Assembly (NCBI RefSeq): GCF_018350175.1
Contig: NC_058370.1
Span: 95,170,001 to 95,234,000, forward strand
DNA: 64,000 nt
DNA from: Felis catus
Taxonomy: Eukaryota
Direction: 5' to 3'
Below, one piece after another: positions 10,351 through 24,679 of the stretch (its first letter is position 1; each line of letters starts with the position of its first letter). The notes beneath the pieces were generated by a model. It worked only from the letters and a program-made list of their open reading frames with translations. It ran no database searches and was not told the DNA's origin. Position numbers and translations under genes: made by a program.

Positions 10351-11420
10351 TGGAAAATTGTTTTTTAAAACATTTAATACACATAATATAAATATAAATT
10401 AATTATATAAGATATAATTATATAAAATATAATTAAACACACCCTACTTTAAGATTTACTGTTGATACATCCAGCTTATTTTCACTTTGTAGAGGTAATA
10501 AATTAAGATTTTTTTTCTCTTGAAGGCATGGAAGAACTAGGCATTTGTTCCCCAAAAAAGTTGGCAGATGAAGACCACACTTTAATTATTGTAATGGAAG
10601 ACTCTCCTTAGCTACTTTATCAATACACTAAGGTTGCCAGCCAAGAGGTACCTGTTTCACACAACACCAGAGAACTTCCCAGAGGGATAACATCCTGTAG
10701 ATGTTTGATTGTGATACTTAGTAGCATGTTTCCCAGTAAGTTTCTTAAAACAACTCTCCAACTAGACCCCTTTTGCTCACTTCCCAGTACCTATTAGGTT
10801 TAATTTCTCACTATTCCTCCATCCCACAACCCATCATCACCAAAGAAATTTGATCCCTCCTGCTTCTGAACTCTGTACCCACTGTGGAATTTTGCTTTCT
10901 CACCATCAGGTGTCCATCTTTTTCTTCAAGACATCAAATTACCTGCCGGACTCTATCCCTCCACATGTTTTGGCGTTATCTCCTAGAGAAAGTAACTCTA
11001 TTCCTGCTTCTATGCTCCTCTCTCGTATTGAAATCTATTGCGATTTCTAAGAATAATAAACCAATAATACCAATAACAAATTAGACAACCTCCTTAAAAT
11101 ATTCCTTAAAATCATCTCAGCTTCGAGATAATCACTGACATAAGAGGGCCGCAATGTATATATGGAAGCATGCCTGCACACACTTCAGTGACCAGGGTAT
11201 AAGAGCATACATGGTCAAAGTTTCCAGATATCAACACCCTTTTGAATATAGACATGGGTTGCATCCCAGCCCATCTGGACCCAAACTCATTTTGTAGCCT
11301 TACTTTGTCCATATTCAATAGGTCTTATCTAAATGTAAAAAAAAAAATCAGAACAACATTTTAAAAAGCTGAGGAATTTGAGACGGCACAAAGTACCAGG
11401 GAATGAGGAGTATGCCAGAT

Positions 11421-11637
11421 TAAAAATTTTTTTTGATATTTATTTATTTTTGAGAGAGACAGAGACAGAATGCAAGTGGATTAAGGGCAGAGAGAGAGGG
11501 AGACCCAGAATCGGAAGCAGGCTCCAGACTCTGGGCTGTCAGCACAGAGCCTGACGTGGAGCTCGAACTCACGAGCTATGAGATCATGACCTGAGCTGAA
11601 GTTGGACGTTCAACCGACTGAGACACCCAGGTGCCCC
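11421..11637 (-). mobile_element. Feline CAN-SINE
   Basis: Full length; degenerate TSD GGAGT(A/G)TGCC(A/C)GATT. Confidence 0.95.
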
Positions 11638-11644
11638 TGGAGTG

Positions 11645-12440
11645 TGCCCGATTTTAAAGTGCCAGAGGGAGAATGGCAAGAGACGCGGCTCATCAGGAGC
11701 ATGAAGGTAAAATCACAAAGGATGTTGTAGCCATAGTTAAGGAGTTTACTTGGTAGCATGTGGCTTATGAGCACATTTAAATAATTTCTGAGCAGGACAG
11801 TGACCTGATTTTGCATGTTAGCAGAGCCTTTCTTGCAGCATAATGAAGGATGCATCCCTGGGGGGGCTTTGGGGAGGGTGAGGAAGACAGGAGGCACGAC
11901 AAACACTAAGGGGTCTGTCTGTTCAATAGTCTAGGTAAAAAGTGATGAATGAGGGTTGCGTCTATGGCTGCACTGGTGATGCAGAAAAGGGCAAACATGC
12001 ACTTTGTTATGGTAGGAATTAAAAGCATGTGGTGAGTGGAAATGGGGAGTAAGGATGATTGGGAAATAGAAGCTTCTGTTTTGGCCAGCCTTGAATTCTG
12101 GAGCCATCTACCAAGACTTTGATTGTGAAGCGAGAGATGGAGCTTCTGGGAAGGTGGCAGAGTAATGTTTGGAGATGTGGCATTTGACATGCTTCTTGAG
12201 CATCCAGACAGAGATGCCCCAATAGGCACAGGGCCCTGGAGCTCAAAAGCTGTTTGGGCTAGACATGCAGATTTGGCAATCTGTGCTGAAAAGGTGGGAA
12301 TTTAAACTCCTGGGAGGAAGGAAGCCAGTTAGGGAGAACAGATCACCTGAGAAGATAAAAGGGCTCCTCACTGAATGTCTACATATGGGAAAATGTGCTT
12401 CTGGATCAGAGAATACAAATGAGAATGGTAAATCGTGTTT
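11645..12440 (-). mobile_element. L2 remnant
   Basis: Purine-rich antisense-L2 motifs (GGAGTTTACTTGG, TTTGGAGATGTGGCATTTGACATGC, GGAGCTCAAAAG). Confidence 0.6.
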
Positions 12441-14415
12441 TTGTAGTCCTCTGCATATCAGCAGTAGCCAAAATCAATAGTGGATGCAATATCGTAGGTA
12501 GCATTTGTAGAAGGAGAGTAATAAACTGAGGCATAATAACTGTTGATTAAATAAATGACCTTCAAGCATCTTTTGCAAGTCACTTCAGTGTAATGTTAGA
12601 AACACAGTTTGGGTGTGACTTTTTAATTAAATTGTTTAGGAATCAGTTTGTAAGACCAGAGATTTATTACTGGAACCAGGTAAACTGTAAATAGAACTAT
12701 CTGTTAGCTATCACTGTACCCATCCACAGGTCTTTTGTTACTTCTTCAGCCTCCAGTTTTGATTGAGATAAGAGTTCATTGCTCCAATCATTCTTGTGAT
12801 GACTTTTAATGCCTCTAATGTCAGATCATTAATTACTACAACCTGTTAATATGCAATATAAGACATATTAACCACTTGTATATAAGACATTAAAAATAGG
12901 GCTAAAAACTTATTTTTATTTGACTTGTTTCTAAGAAATAGACATTGTGAAATATTTAGCAGTACATTTAAAATTTAGAGAATGAATATTGGCTGGACCT
13001 GATTGATTAAGCCTTTTATATACGTATTTTCTAAGAATTGAATGAGACTTCTATTTTGAATTAATGCAAATCTGCAAATATCATACTTTGATTCATTGTT
13101 TACAAAATATCCATTGGGCAGAGGCTTAAAATTAGCCCAATACAATTACTGGTAGAATTGAAAACTATTTAATATTTCAGCCTCAAACTTAATCATTAGA
13201 CATATAATAGGACATCAGAGATCTGTTCATTGGTTTTCACTGGATATTGGGGTATTAATGGTGAGAAGGTCATAGTTTGGGCTGTGGACACCTAAGAATC
13301 TCATGAAGTCATAGAGACCCCAGAGTTAAACCTGGGTTCTTTTTCCCATCCCTGTCCTAAATTTCTTCAAATGGTCCTTTTTACCTCTGATTTCTTCCTC
13401 TGAATTCCCAAAGTTCTGTAAAATAAAGAAATGGTACTTGCTTATAGAGTTATGTCAATAATGCTAATGGGTCAGGATAATGTTTTGAGATATTAATATT
13501 TGTTTCATTCTGCTTGTATCTTCTCTCACAAAGTGATTAGACCTCTGTGGTTTCTTCAGGAGTAGTGTGATTACTTAGCGATGAGGAATTTTTTTTCTTT
13601 TCTTTTTTTTTTTTATGAAAACATATACTCCTTTAAGGAATCATAATGATGGGGAGGAAACAAAAAAAGAGGAAGAGTAGTACCTTTGAGAAGAGGAAGT
13701 AGAAAGGAGTACTCTTCTGAGAAGCAGACAGAGGAATGTGCTCCCTAGAAAGACCAAGCCAGTGACCATGCCTTAGCAGGACCACAAAGGGACATGCCCT
13801 CAAGGTGTTCCTCGCTGCTTCAGATTCCCAGCATTTGTAAAGATGTAGGCCCATGTGAAGTAAGGGATCATGTGTGATGTGAACCATGAACTGGCATCAT
13901 TCTTGACCTTATGCCAGAAGCCCCTTTTCAGGTGTGGTAAAGACACCCGTATTGTTTGTAATTCTAAAGAGGGAGTGGAGAGGAGTGGTCTCCTGAATTC
14001 ACAATTACATTTTTTAAGAGCCAGATTTAAATAAAATTAAATAATGGCACATTTTTACACAGTGTAGTTGTAGATGTAAATTTATGCTATTATAATTCTT
14101 TTATTTAGCAAAAAAAAAAAAAAATGCTCGTATCTGGCCTGTTTTCCTAGCTCTAGGAATGTAGTCTTGTATATGATTAACATGCTTCCTACTCTCACTG
14201 GCCTTGTAATGACAGCCAGTTCTCCATGGGTTTCTCAAACTTCTGCACATCTTGTGAACAGAGCTCCTGAGTGCCCTTTGTATCAGACTTTTATATAGTA
14301 AACAGCCTTGGAAATAAAGATGGCATCTCCCTTTGGACCCAAGGGTAAGTTTGCTTGCATCCTTAGAAGGCAGAGATTGTATCTCCTTTCAGACACATCT
14401 GGCAACCACCAGTTC

Positions 14416-14699
14416 NNNNNNNNNNNNNNNNNNNNNNNNNNNNNNNNNNNNNNNNNNNNNNNNNNNNNNNNNNNNNNNNNNNNNNNNNNNNNNNNNNNNN
14501 NNNNNNNNNNNNNNNNNNNNNNNNNNNNNNNNNNNNNNNNNNNNNNNNNNNNNNNNNNNNNNNNNNNNNNNNNNNNNNNNNNNNNNNNNNNNNNNNNNNN
14601 NNNNNNNNNNNNNNNNNNNNNNNNNNNNNNNNNNNNNNNNNNNNNNNNNNNNNNNNNNNNNNNNNNNNNNNNNNNNNNNNNNNNNNNNNNNNNNNNNNN
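14416..14699. other. Assembly gap (N run); others at 14800-14931, 38724-38865, 41201-41338 and 52771-52951
   Basis: N runs read directly; most abut SINE, L1 or (TTCC)n sequence. Confidence 0.99.
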
Positions 14700-15185
14700 A
14701 ATGCACATTATCTTTTTAATGAGTGTTTTTGTTTTCCTTGGGTAAATGCCTAGTAGTTGAATTACTATTCAGAAATACTGAATCATATTTCTTTTTTTTN
14801 NNNNNNNNNNNNNNNNNNNNNNNNNNNNNNNNNNNNNNNNNNNNNNNNNNNNNNNNNNNNNNNNNNNNNNNNNNNNNNNNNNNNNNNNNNNNNNNNNNNN
14901 NNNNNNNNNNNNNNNNNNNNNNNNNNNNNNNTCAGCATGGGCAGAGCCTGAATCGGGGCTGGATCCCACAGCCATGAGACCATGACCTGAGCCAAAATGA
15001 GATTTGGACACTCAACTGATCCACCTAGGCACCCATGGATTGTATTTCTATTTTTAATTTTTTGAGGAATCTCCATACTTGTTTCTATAATGTTTACACC
15101 AATTTACATTCCCATCAGCAGTGTATGAAGGTTCCTTTTTCTCCACACCCTTGCTAACACTTGTTATTTCTTTTTTATTTAAATG
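14700..15185 (-). mobile_element. L1 fragment with a nested CAN-SINE (about 14791-15034, partly in gap)
   Basis: GGGTAAATGCCTAGTAG...TTTTTGAGGAATCTCCATACT...ACCAATTTACATTCCCATCAGCAGTGTATGAAGG, antisense L1 3' region; SINE head ends at 15034. Confidence 0.85.
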
Positions 15186-16537
15186 CTGTAATATTGTATT
15201 TCTCTGTCCCATATGCAACTGATGCAAAGACTGTGATATTTTGTGTGTGACTCAGAACCACAATTTGAAACAGGAAGAGCAGCAAAAAATAGACATTCAA
15301 CATAGTTATGAAAGAATGCTTCTCTGTGTAAGAATCTATTGCATTAATGCTATCTCAGGGGAAGGATATGTTAATTAATTTGTCTTATTAGTGAAATAAA
15401 TACTCTCCTTCAAATATCCTTGCTCTCAAGAGAAGTATTTGTTTCTAACAACACACAAGAGTTCTTAGCATGTGGGCAAAATTGCCTTTCATTTCGACAT
15501 TGAATAATAGATAGGGAAAGGGTTTCTCTGGGCTCTAAAAAAAAGTCTACTTAGGGTTATACGTTCCACTGTGTCAGCACTGAACACCAGATCCCAAGTG
15601 ACAGGGATGCCCATCTGTTCTTTAATACATTTATTTTGTGTGTGTGTTTGTGATTTTCGAGGCCCTCTAAAGGGATCCTGGACAGGGGCCCTTCTCATCA
15701 CTGCAAGGATAGAAACAGACCTTGTAAAATAGAAGACAATTAGGTATGGGATCTTTCTGAAACTTAAGAAAGCTTTTGATATTATAATCCCATCAGCAAC
15801 TGTTTAAAAATGGTTAAACTATGCCCAGGTTGGTGATAAACTTATAGATATATGCTTCCCCTATCCCGGCAAAAAACCAGAAGTAAAAACAAAAGAAAAC
15901 CAACACACGCACATAGTGATAACTAGCTCCAGACTTGGTGTGTATTAGATTGCCTTAAAGAGATATGAGGGACAGCAGGAACCAACAAGCCAGAGGTGGA
16001 GCCTACTGGGAAGTGGGACCTGCTGGACATGTGGTCAGAGCTGGATGGCCTTTCGCAGTCCCAGGGTTTCAAGCCAAGTAAGGAATCGTGTTGGGAAGAA
16101 AGATGCACACAGTGGCATCAGTTAGGTAATGAGAAATAGCTTCATTATAATCAAAGTGGGCTACTAAGCAAATGTAAGCTTCTTGCCTCTATATACTAAA
16201 AAAACATGCAATCCACCCAGGTTTTCTTTTATTCCCACCCTGCCCTGGAGTACTGAGTTAGCTGTCCTGGATAGTAATAGCAGGGGATGAGATGAATGTG
16301 ACTCGTGAGGTTCGCAGTCCAGTGATGCATATTACATCGATCACTTTCAGTGTGATGTGCCTCTAAAGAAGGGCCTTCTTCCTCTTCTGATTCCATCTTT
16401 GATGCCAAAATTCTCATTAGGGTTATACATTATGTCTTTAAAAGATACCTTTCAAAATGCAAACAAGGTATCAAAAGTATAAAGCATTATTGATATCAGC
16501 TATTAATGCCAGGAGTGGTATGAAAGGGACTTCTTGC

Positions 16538-16541
<4 letters not shown>

Positions 16542-16587
<46 letters not shown>

Positions 16588-16783
16588 AAGTTTATTTTGC
16601 GAGAGAGTGCATGTGTAAGCAGGGGAGGGGCAGAGAGATAGGGAGCTGGAATCCCAAGCAGGCTCTGTGCTGTCAGCACCCAGCCCAAAGTGGGGCTGGA
16701 TTTCATGAACTAAACTGTGAGATCCTGACATGAGTTAAAATCAAGAGTTGGATGCTTAACTGACTGAGTCACCTAGGTGCCCC
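16542..16783 (-). mobile_element. CAN-SINE with adjacent (GT)n microsatellite (16542-16584)
   Basis: Head reverse complement CCTAGGTGCCCC at 16783. Confidence 0.9.
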
Positions 16784-17344
16784 TGGGCTTCCTGGTTTTA
16801 TACCACAAAATATTTGAGGGACTAGAATAAGGAAGTAACTATGTGGTCATCTAGCATAAACTCAGGTTAGAGGACTGATAAGATGTGATAGAAAGTGGGG
16901 AGGCCAGCAGAAGCCTAGCACACCAGGCCCAGGTGGTTTGTTTAAAAGGAGGTGATAGTGTTTTTGTTTCTCTTGTTTAAAGGGAGACTTAACCAAGAAA
17001 GAATACCTTAATCCAACGGAAAAACTGCCTGTTTTTCTTGTGTGTATACATTGAAATCTTAATTTCCAGAAAGAATTTGTGCTGAGGAGTTACACATTTT
17101 TTTAAAAGATTGAATTAAATATGTTCTACTTTCCTTATTTGCAAAAATTAGTTTAGTAGATGCTTTAGGGTCACTGTTTTCCGGTGTGGACTTCATTAAA
17201 GAAAAGATCCTTAATCATTTATTTTTCTTTATATTTGCACTATTTACATAAAGGGTTTCTGCATTCTGTCTCACCGATACTAATATATCCTTTTTCTGAT
17301 ATATATAGTTCCCTGAAAGGAAGGAAATCTTTGTCGTTAACCAG

Positions 17345-17527
17345 TCTAGTCTGGCAGACCTCAAAGTGTGATCCCAAGGCCTGGAGCATCAGTATTAGCT
17401 GGGAACTTGGTTAGGAATGTATATTCTCTACCCCACCCAAAGCCTCCTGAACCAGATGCTCTGGGGGTGGGGGGGACTCAGCAGTCTGTGTTTTAACTAG
17501 ACTCGCAAAGGATTCTGAACCATTGGT
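17345..17527. mobile_element. MER5A-like hAT-Charlie MITE
   Basis: CTCAAAGTGTGATCCC...AGCATCAG...GGGAACTTG...TCTGGGGGTGGGG...TCTGTGTTTTAAC...GAACCATTG. Confidence 0.75.
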
Positions 17528-19622
17528 CTAGTTCAGCTCTTATGGTTCCAGATCAGGAAACAGGCTCAAAGCAAGATGACACTATCCTCCTACTTTTCAG
17601 ATTCCCACCCTAGGGGTTTTGTCATTATATTGAGCTTCATGTCAAGAACACAGTTGTTGGTGTTGTGGTGGATCCTGGACTTTCAATCCTCCATAGACAT
17701 TCCAAAGCTATCAGAACCTTCTAATGGTATAACAGGACATTTTTTTTCTCCTTTTCAATTTCCTACAATTTTTATTTGAAAATACAAAATCTTTGTAACA
17801 CAGAAGCAGAATAGGAGATGAAGCCCTGGGGTAAAGAAGGTTCTGGTAAAAATCAACTAATTTATATAACAAGGCAAATTTTTTGTAATGAAAAGAAAGT
17901 CAGGCTTGAAAGAGTAGCAAGTTAACATGAGGTATCAAATTATGTGACCAAACTGAGACTTCAAAAGTGACTCAAAAGAACTCTGTATCACTAATTAAAC
18001 AGAAGAGACAGAAAATATCTAAAAATGAAAGCAAGTTTGAAAGCACCAACAAGAATTCCTAGAGATGGGAATTCTGAATAGGACTTTCAGGATGTCTTTC
18101 TAAAGCAAAGCATTTTATTAAGCAGATTCTTCCCAGGACAGTGGTGTCATTTGTTTTCACTCCCTGAAAATTAAAAGCAGTGGATTGGAGTCCTCAGTGA
18201 ATCTCTGAATCTTCCAAGGTGATGAGGGCAAAGTTGGCGTGACAGCGTTGAAAACAGGCAATCTGATTTATTCTTGAAGGAGAGTGGATGAATGTCAGTT
18301 ACATTATCCATTTTCATGCTCTCACCTTGTTGCCTCTTGTGAGCCACAGCCCACATTTGCAATCTAGTCCTTTGAGATTGGAAGAAGCAAGGAACACGTC
18401 TAGGCAGCTCCTGCCTGTGGTTTTGGCAACAGAAGGCTATTTGGGGGGGTCTTGCCTTTCGATTCCAATTCCAATTTCAATGTAATCTCAGACCTTATTT
18501 TTAACCCTGCCAGCCTCATTTCCCCTTTACTGATACGTGCTCATGTGTATCTAAATACTATATGAATATATTCCTAAATATGGGTCTAGGTGCTTTAATC
18601 CTGTCTCTTGCCAGGCTTCCCTTAATCTCATAACCAGCTGTTTCCTGTAGTATTGACCTTATATAGAGCTGGTCTCCACAGAGGCATACTGAAAAGGGAC
18701 CTTCTTGGTATAGCTTGAGGGTTGTTCCTCTAAGAGCTCTCCTTGCCTTATTGTCCAGAAAGGCACAGAGAAATAAGCCATGTGGAAGATATTGTATAAT
18801 AATCTCATTTTGTACAACCTATAAAGCTGCAGAAATTTAAAGCCCCCACTGTTTTACCGTACATAACAAGGATTTGGAGGCGTTAGTTGGTCTGATAGGT
18901 CTCTGGAACAAATATGAAGCTTAGAAAAGGAGAGAGCAAGAGAAATATTACTGTAGCTTTTAAATTTTTTTCTTAAAATTGTTTAGCATCATTGAACCGA
19001 AAGGAGCCTCAAATTCACAGTCTTAATGTCACATTAGCATATTCCTTTCATTTTATAAACTATATTTAATCTATTTTTCCACAGGGTTAAGGTAGTGATC
19101 ATTATGAAAACATTTTTTTTTCATCTGTCATAAAGAAAGCAACATCTCAGACACAGATGTAGGTCAGTAGTCATGGTAATAACTTACTCTATGGAATGAT
19201 GGAATAATGCCAGTTTTTCTTAGCAGGGAAAAGTTCAGGGATGTGGAACTGGGTAGTAAAGGAGAAATAATCATGGTCAGAAAGGCCAAATGACTGATAC
19301 AGTTTTTCAGACATAGCACAGGGTTGTTTCCTGTGGAACTTCACATCCCCATGTGGATTAAACTCTGATTTATGTCAACATTGCAGATATTGCTAAATGT
19401 CATTACTCTCTCAAATAAAAGGCATGAGAGAACTTGTGTGGTGATTGGAACTCAAATTCAGAAAGATAATGCTTTTACAAGAGGTTCTAAAGTACTTTGG
19501 AAAGTTCAAGAACTTTAAGAATTTTGGGGAGACTTGGGATTTACATCATGAAAGAAAAGGCTGGGTTTCTGCTGCTTACCATGTGCCATGCTTATGCTAA
19601 ACACTCAGGATTAAATGTTCCC

Positions 19623-19625
<3 letters not shown>

Positions 19626-19675
<50 letters not shown>
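19626..19675. repeat. (TG)n microsatellite
   Basis: About 25 units read directly. Confidence 0.97.
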
Positions 19676-19677
<2 letters not shown>

Positions 19678-20884
19678 TGTTCACTTCATTTAGATACATG
19701 CACTTTCACCTATAATTTGATTCTGATTCCCTCTTTGAATGAAAACTGACTCCCCCATTGATTCTCTTTTGCAATTAGTTTTACCTCTACTTGTCACAGT
19801 CTCCACCATCCATCTCTAAAATGGGAAAATAAAGGAAATGCCAGCAAGAGTTGGCACAGATTAACGGTGGCTTCTCTCTTATAAAGGACTGGTTAGGGTC
19901 TTGGGGGGTTGAGGGGAGCCATCCAGCAGGTGCCAAAGACAGGTCCCTTCCACCTGCTGAAAGAGACAGCAGGCAAGGTAGATGGCAAGGAAGGAGGGGC
20001 AAGAGCACACTGAAGCTTAGGTTGGAAGAGAAGAAGTATTGGGTAGTCTGTACATTTTCTGATAACTTGCCTGTGGAAATCAAATTTCAGTCAGCAGACC
20101 GCTTGTTTGCTTGGCAGCTGTAGCTAATTATTATTTGGTTCTAATGTGATGCTGACCACTGATTGTTTGCATCTGGGCAGAAAAGCGCAGCTCATTTAGA
20201 AATGGTAGAAAAGGGTTAAGGAAATGGACTTAAATAAACTAGTCCTTGGAACGTTGAAAAATATTGTTGCTTCTAGATTAATATATCAGGGGACCTGTAA
20301 AGATATTTTAACCCAGCAATGCCTTACATCCAGATTTGTGCTTTTTGTCCCAGGAAAGACAAGAGTGGACTGTTTATTTATTAATTATAAGTTCTTTAGA
20401 GAAGCTGGAAAGGGTTTGAGAATGGTTTTTCTGTGTTTTAACTTATTTGAGGTGGCGGATTGTTTTCAAACAGGACAGGAGAGTGTATTGGATATCTCTT
20501 GTGCCCAAACTAATATTCTTCAACCTTTGTGGTAGCCAGCTTCCTACATATGTAACCTAACAGTGGGTGGCTTAGCTGCATTTACTTCCTCTTGCTTTCT
20601 GCCTTAGGGAACACTTCTGCCCCAGGCTTTCACAACTCTTGGGGGAAGCCATCTAGGCCTTGTTAGTCATGTATAAAGCTTGAGTTCCAAGTCATTGATG
20701 CCCCTTGACAAATAGAGGCACTAGACTCAATGGATAAGTGCTCTTTTTCTCCGCCTTGGCCAGACAATAATGACTTGCATGCTACATGTATTTGCAAAGG
20801 TTCCCAACAGTATCGAGTTCCAAATCCTCACTGTAGGAATCACCAACCATTGGGTTGGTTTTATCTACACCATGTTTCTCTTTT

Positions 20885-21005
20885 CCTTTAAACATTTTTT
20901 TTTTGTTTATGGGGGGGGGGGGGAGAGAGACTGCATGCATTCGAGTGGGGTAGAGGCAGAGAGAGAGGGAGAGAGAATCCCAAGCAGGCTCAGCACTGCC
21001 AGCAC
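20885..21005 (-). mobile_element. 5'-truncated CAN-SINE
   Basis: Only the tail and 3' body are present (GAGAGAGAATCCCAAGCAGGCTCAGCACTG); internal G run. Confidence 0.8.
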
Positions 21006-21408
21006 AGCAAGAATTGTGCCTGACACCTAAAAATGGTGCTCAGTAAATATTAGTTTTTATTATTGTTATCATCGGAAGCTAATTAGATTGAGTATCTTTC
21101 ATAGTAAATGCTAATAAATATTGGAACAAGTTCTGTTCTAAATTATCACATCTGGCAGCAAAGATTATAGTACATAGCTTGGAAATATGTCACAGATTTC
21201 CTAAGGGACTTTTTTTCCAGGTGCAAAGGGATAACATCTTAAATATAGGTTACTGAAACACCAGTCAGCTTTTCACATGGATTATTTCTTCCTCTATTCA
21301 CAGAGTGGAACTACAGGAATTAATTACTTCAAGAAAACAGTGATGTTGCTAAATAGGTAATGGGTTGTCAGATCATTGAGTGATTTTAGTCTAGTGTGCC
21401 AAATGTTA

Positions 21409-21511
21409 CTTTTTTTTTTTTAAGTAAGCTCTATACCCAGCATGAGGCTTGAACTCATGACCCTGAGATCAAGAGTCCTATGCTCTACTGACTGAGCCAG
21501 CCAGGTACCCC
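21409..21511 (-). mobile_element. Short CAN-SINE (head plus poly-A)
   Basis: Poly-T followed by GGCTTGAACTCATGACCCTGAGATCAAGAG...CCAGGTACCCC. Confidence 0.88.
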
Positions 21512-22592
21512 ACCAAATTTTACTTTTGCTTATTTTGTGATCCATCCTGGAGCCCTGGCCACTCATATTCTTGGACTGAATTACACCCAGTGTTACTGAG
21601 TGACTGAACTGCTTCTGGCCCACACTGTTCCTGTTAAGCAGCTGGATTATGGGTCTTTTACTACCCTCAGAGGGTTTGAAGAAAATGCTAATGAAGACTA
21701 TCAGTACAGGAGTAGTTGGGAATAGAGGGTAAAGCAAGGAGTCTCAAATGTTGGCAGGAGAGACAGAGCTCGAAGATTACTTGTTTGGTAAAATATCTTC
21801 GTTACGTGACTTTTCATGTGGTCCTATGTATGTCTTGTCATTTTGGGTGACAAAGTGGTTTTTAAATTACTTTTAAGTATATTATCTTTTCTTTCCTCTT
21901 TCTGTTCTTAATGTGCATCAATAAGAAAATGATTATGTTTTAAAACCAACTAGATGAGGTGAGATAAATGGGGTAATAGCTTTGAAACATTTGAAAACTT
22001 AAAAGCTATACCAAACTAGGTTCTGTATGAATTCAATATTACGTATAATGTAATGATAAAAATGCATGCTTTATTGGTAATAGTGTTATTAGATTAGTAT
22101 TTATACTGTCTTTTTCATGGAAAATTTTACATTCTATACTGTTAACATTATTTTCAAACAGTTAAATCTCCCTTGAATTATTTCCTTCCCCTATAGTTGA
22201 TTTTAAGTTCTTCTTCTTCATTTATATTCTTTTTTGCAATGATAATAGATGCTTGATAAGTGCCTTAAACTATGGTCCCTTAGAATTCAGTTGTTCTTGC
22301 TAGAGAAAACATCAGGCAGTTTTGTTCCAACCATATATCTAAGTTTTGTTACAATTTACATGCCAGAGAAAACTCTGGCTAATTCAAAGAACTATTCTCG
22401 GCAGGCATATTTTATAGCATAGGGAAGAGACTAGATAATAATTGTTAGACTGATTCAAAAATAAAATGAAAATCTGGATAAAGATTACTAGACTCTTGAC
22501 TAAGGGGCAACTGGCCATATGGTAACTTGATCACGTGTTTCCCAGACCAAGTTTTAAATCTGTTATCAAAAAGGTGTTTAAAAAATTATCAA

Positions 22593-22762
22593 GGGGTGCC
22601 TGGGTGGCCCAGTTAAGCATCCGACATTGGCTTAGGTCATAATCTTGTAGTCTGTGGGCGCGAGCCCTGCATCGGGCTCTGTGCTGACAGCTTGGAGCCT
22701 AGAGCCTGCTTCAGATTCTGTGTCACTCTCTCTGTCTCTTAAAAATAAATAAATTGAAAAAT
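22593..22762 (+). mobile_element. CAN-SINE
   Basis: GGGGTGCCTGGGTGGCCCAG head and A-rich tail. Confidence 0.92.
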
Positions 22763-23516
22763 ATCAGAAATGCTTATTTCCTTCCAAAAGCCACTTAAAA
22801 ATTGCAATAATGTTTCCAAATTTAGGAAAAAATTTTCTTTTACTCTCCTGATTTTTTTCAGTCTATTTCTTTCTCTTATAGTGTCTATTCAGTCCTCACA
22901 GAAACTGTTTTATAAATTGGCAGCTTTTTAAATCCCAAGAAAGTATGCAATTTATTAACATGTACTAAACTGCTAGAAAAAAATCTACCAGATGAAGAAA
23001 AACAATAGATGATTTTGGTCTGTTTTGAGCAGAATCACGGTTACACGATCATATTTTATTATGTTTATACACTGTTTTTTTGGCTGCAGGCGTTTTTGTT
23101 TGTTTACTTTGTTTTGTTTTGGGGAGGGGGTTGTTGAGCAAATGAAAAGAATTATAGCAATAGGAACATACTTAAAGAAAATATATAGTTATTATTTGCA
23201 GTAGTTGAATTGTCTCTGGCAGCATTGACCAACTTTTTTTGTACTTCAAGGTTGAGACACATCTTGAAGTTAAGAGCCAGAGTGGGGCAATTTCAGTGGA
23301 ATTTATAGTCTGATTTTAATCCATGTCATGAAAAGGGAATAGATTATCCTAAGGATTATAACCAACTCTTTTTTTTTTTTCTAAAGAATAAAATAAGGAA
23401 AACTTGTGCATGAGTTAAGACATCATTAAAGACATCATTGTCAAAAAAATTTTGGACACAAGTTAAAGCACTTTTGGGATAGTAGGGAAAGGATCAATTT
23501 TAAAGCTGATTTAAGG

Positions 23517-23738
23517 AGGGTGGCTGGGTGGCTCAGTCAGCTGATTGCATCCAACTTCAGCTCAGGTCATGTGAAACAGTTTGTGAGTTCCAGGGGCCCC
23601 CCTTCGGGCTCTGTGCTAACAGCCTGGAGCCTGCTTAAGATTCTGTGTCTCCCTCTCTCGCCCCTCTGCTCACGCTCTCTCTCTCCCTCTGCCTCTCTCT
23701 CTCTCTCTCTCTCTCAAAAATCAATAAACATTAAAAAA
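23517..23738 (+). mobile_element. CAN-SINE
   Basis: Degenerate head, (CT)n, AAAATCAATAAACATTAAAA tail. Confidence 0.9.
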
Positions 23739-24679
23739 AGTAACCAATTTAAGGCAATTCCAAGAATGCCTCAAAAGTCTCAGTTTAAAGCAGCAGAAGT
23801 GTGGGGAAACCATGTAAAGGGAGAGGACTCTTGTGGAGTCTGGAAGAGTCAGAATGAGCTGAGCCATTAGAAAAGAGAGGGGTGAGATCCACATGACTAA
23901 CAGGGCTAGGGAGGATAATGTTTCATGAGAAGTACACTATTAATTGAGCATAAAATGCATTCTGTAATATGGTATAGAAGGAACTAGAAGGATCAGTTGC
24001 AGTCAGGAAGAGGCCTTGGATGATTGTCTGATAAGCCTGAGAATGAGATATCCTCCTCACCAAGTAGCATGCCTGAGTAACAATAGCACAGTAATGAGCA
24101 TCTTTGTGAGATTAATTCTGGTAAGACTTCTCTGCGGAGCGCTGTGTTTTTCCAACAATGAAGAGTATTCAGAGGTGATAAGGTGGCAAGAAAAGATGGA
24201 ACAGCCCATAATTTTCAGAGACTTGTAGGTTAAAAATGATCATTTGAGCATGTCTTTTCCTTATCAGTGTTCCATGTAAAGTCAATATAAATTCTTCCCT
24301 GCTCCTATTAAAATCTTTAGTCGTGTATCACTCCTACTGCGCATGTATTCAGATGACATGTTGTCATAGCTAATTGATTCTTATGGGCACTGAGTGGGAA
24401 CTAGGCCACTTATTAAGGCCACATGCCCTTTGTGTGTCAATTTTTTAGTGATGTTGACTTCTTACAGTTATTGAGGCTTTTACATGAGAAAGTGAGGGAG
24501 CATATTTGCCTTTCAGTTCGATGGCTTTGGGGGCAATGTAGCAGACATTTTGGAGGGTGTGGGGATGCTGCAAGTTTTAAAGGGCTTGTGCAGGCATCTA
24601 GGTAAGTGAAGAAATAACTGTTGCAGGGTTATTAATAAAGAGAGGATGAGTTATCTGCTATTGAGGAGGGAAGTGATAG

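Noticed and set aside
11100-11330. Coding-like unique block (68-aa - strand ORF)
   Set aside because: No protein, RNA or repeat family recognised in any frame.
14283-15076. Long ORFs spanning N runs (also 38683-38901, 41179-41445, 52689-53145)
   Set aside because: Artefacts of translating assembly gaps as X.
17277-17314. 38-nt minus-strand exon-like segment (ELYISEKGYISI)
   Set aside because: No recognisable homology and no partner exons; such motifs occur by chance in 64 kb.
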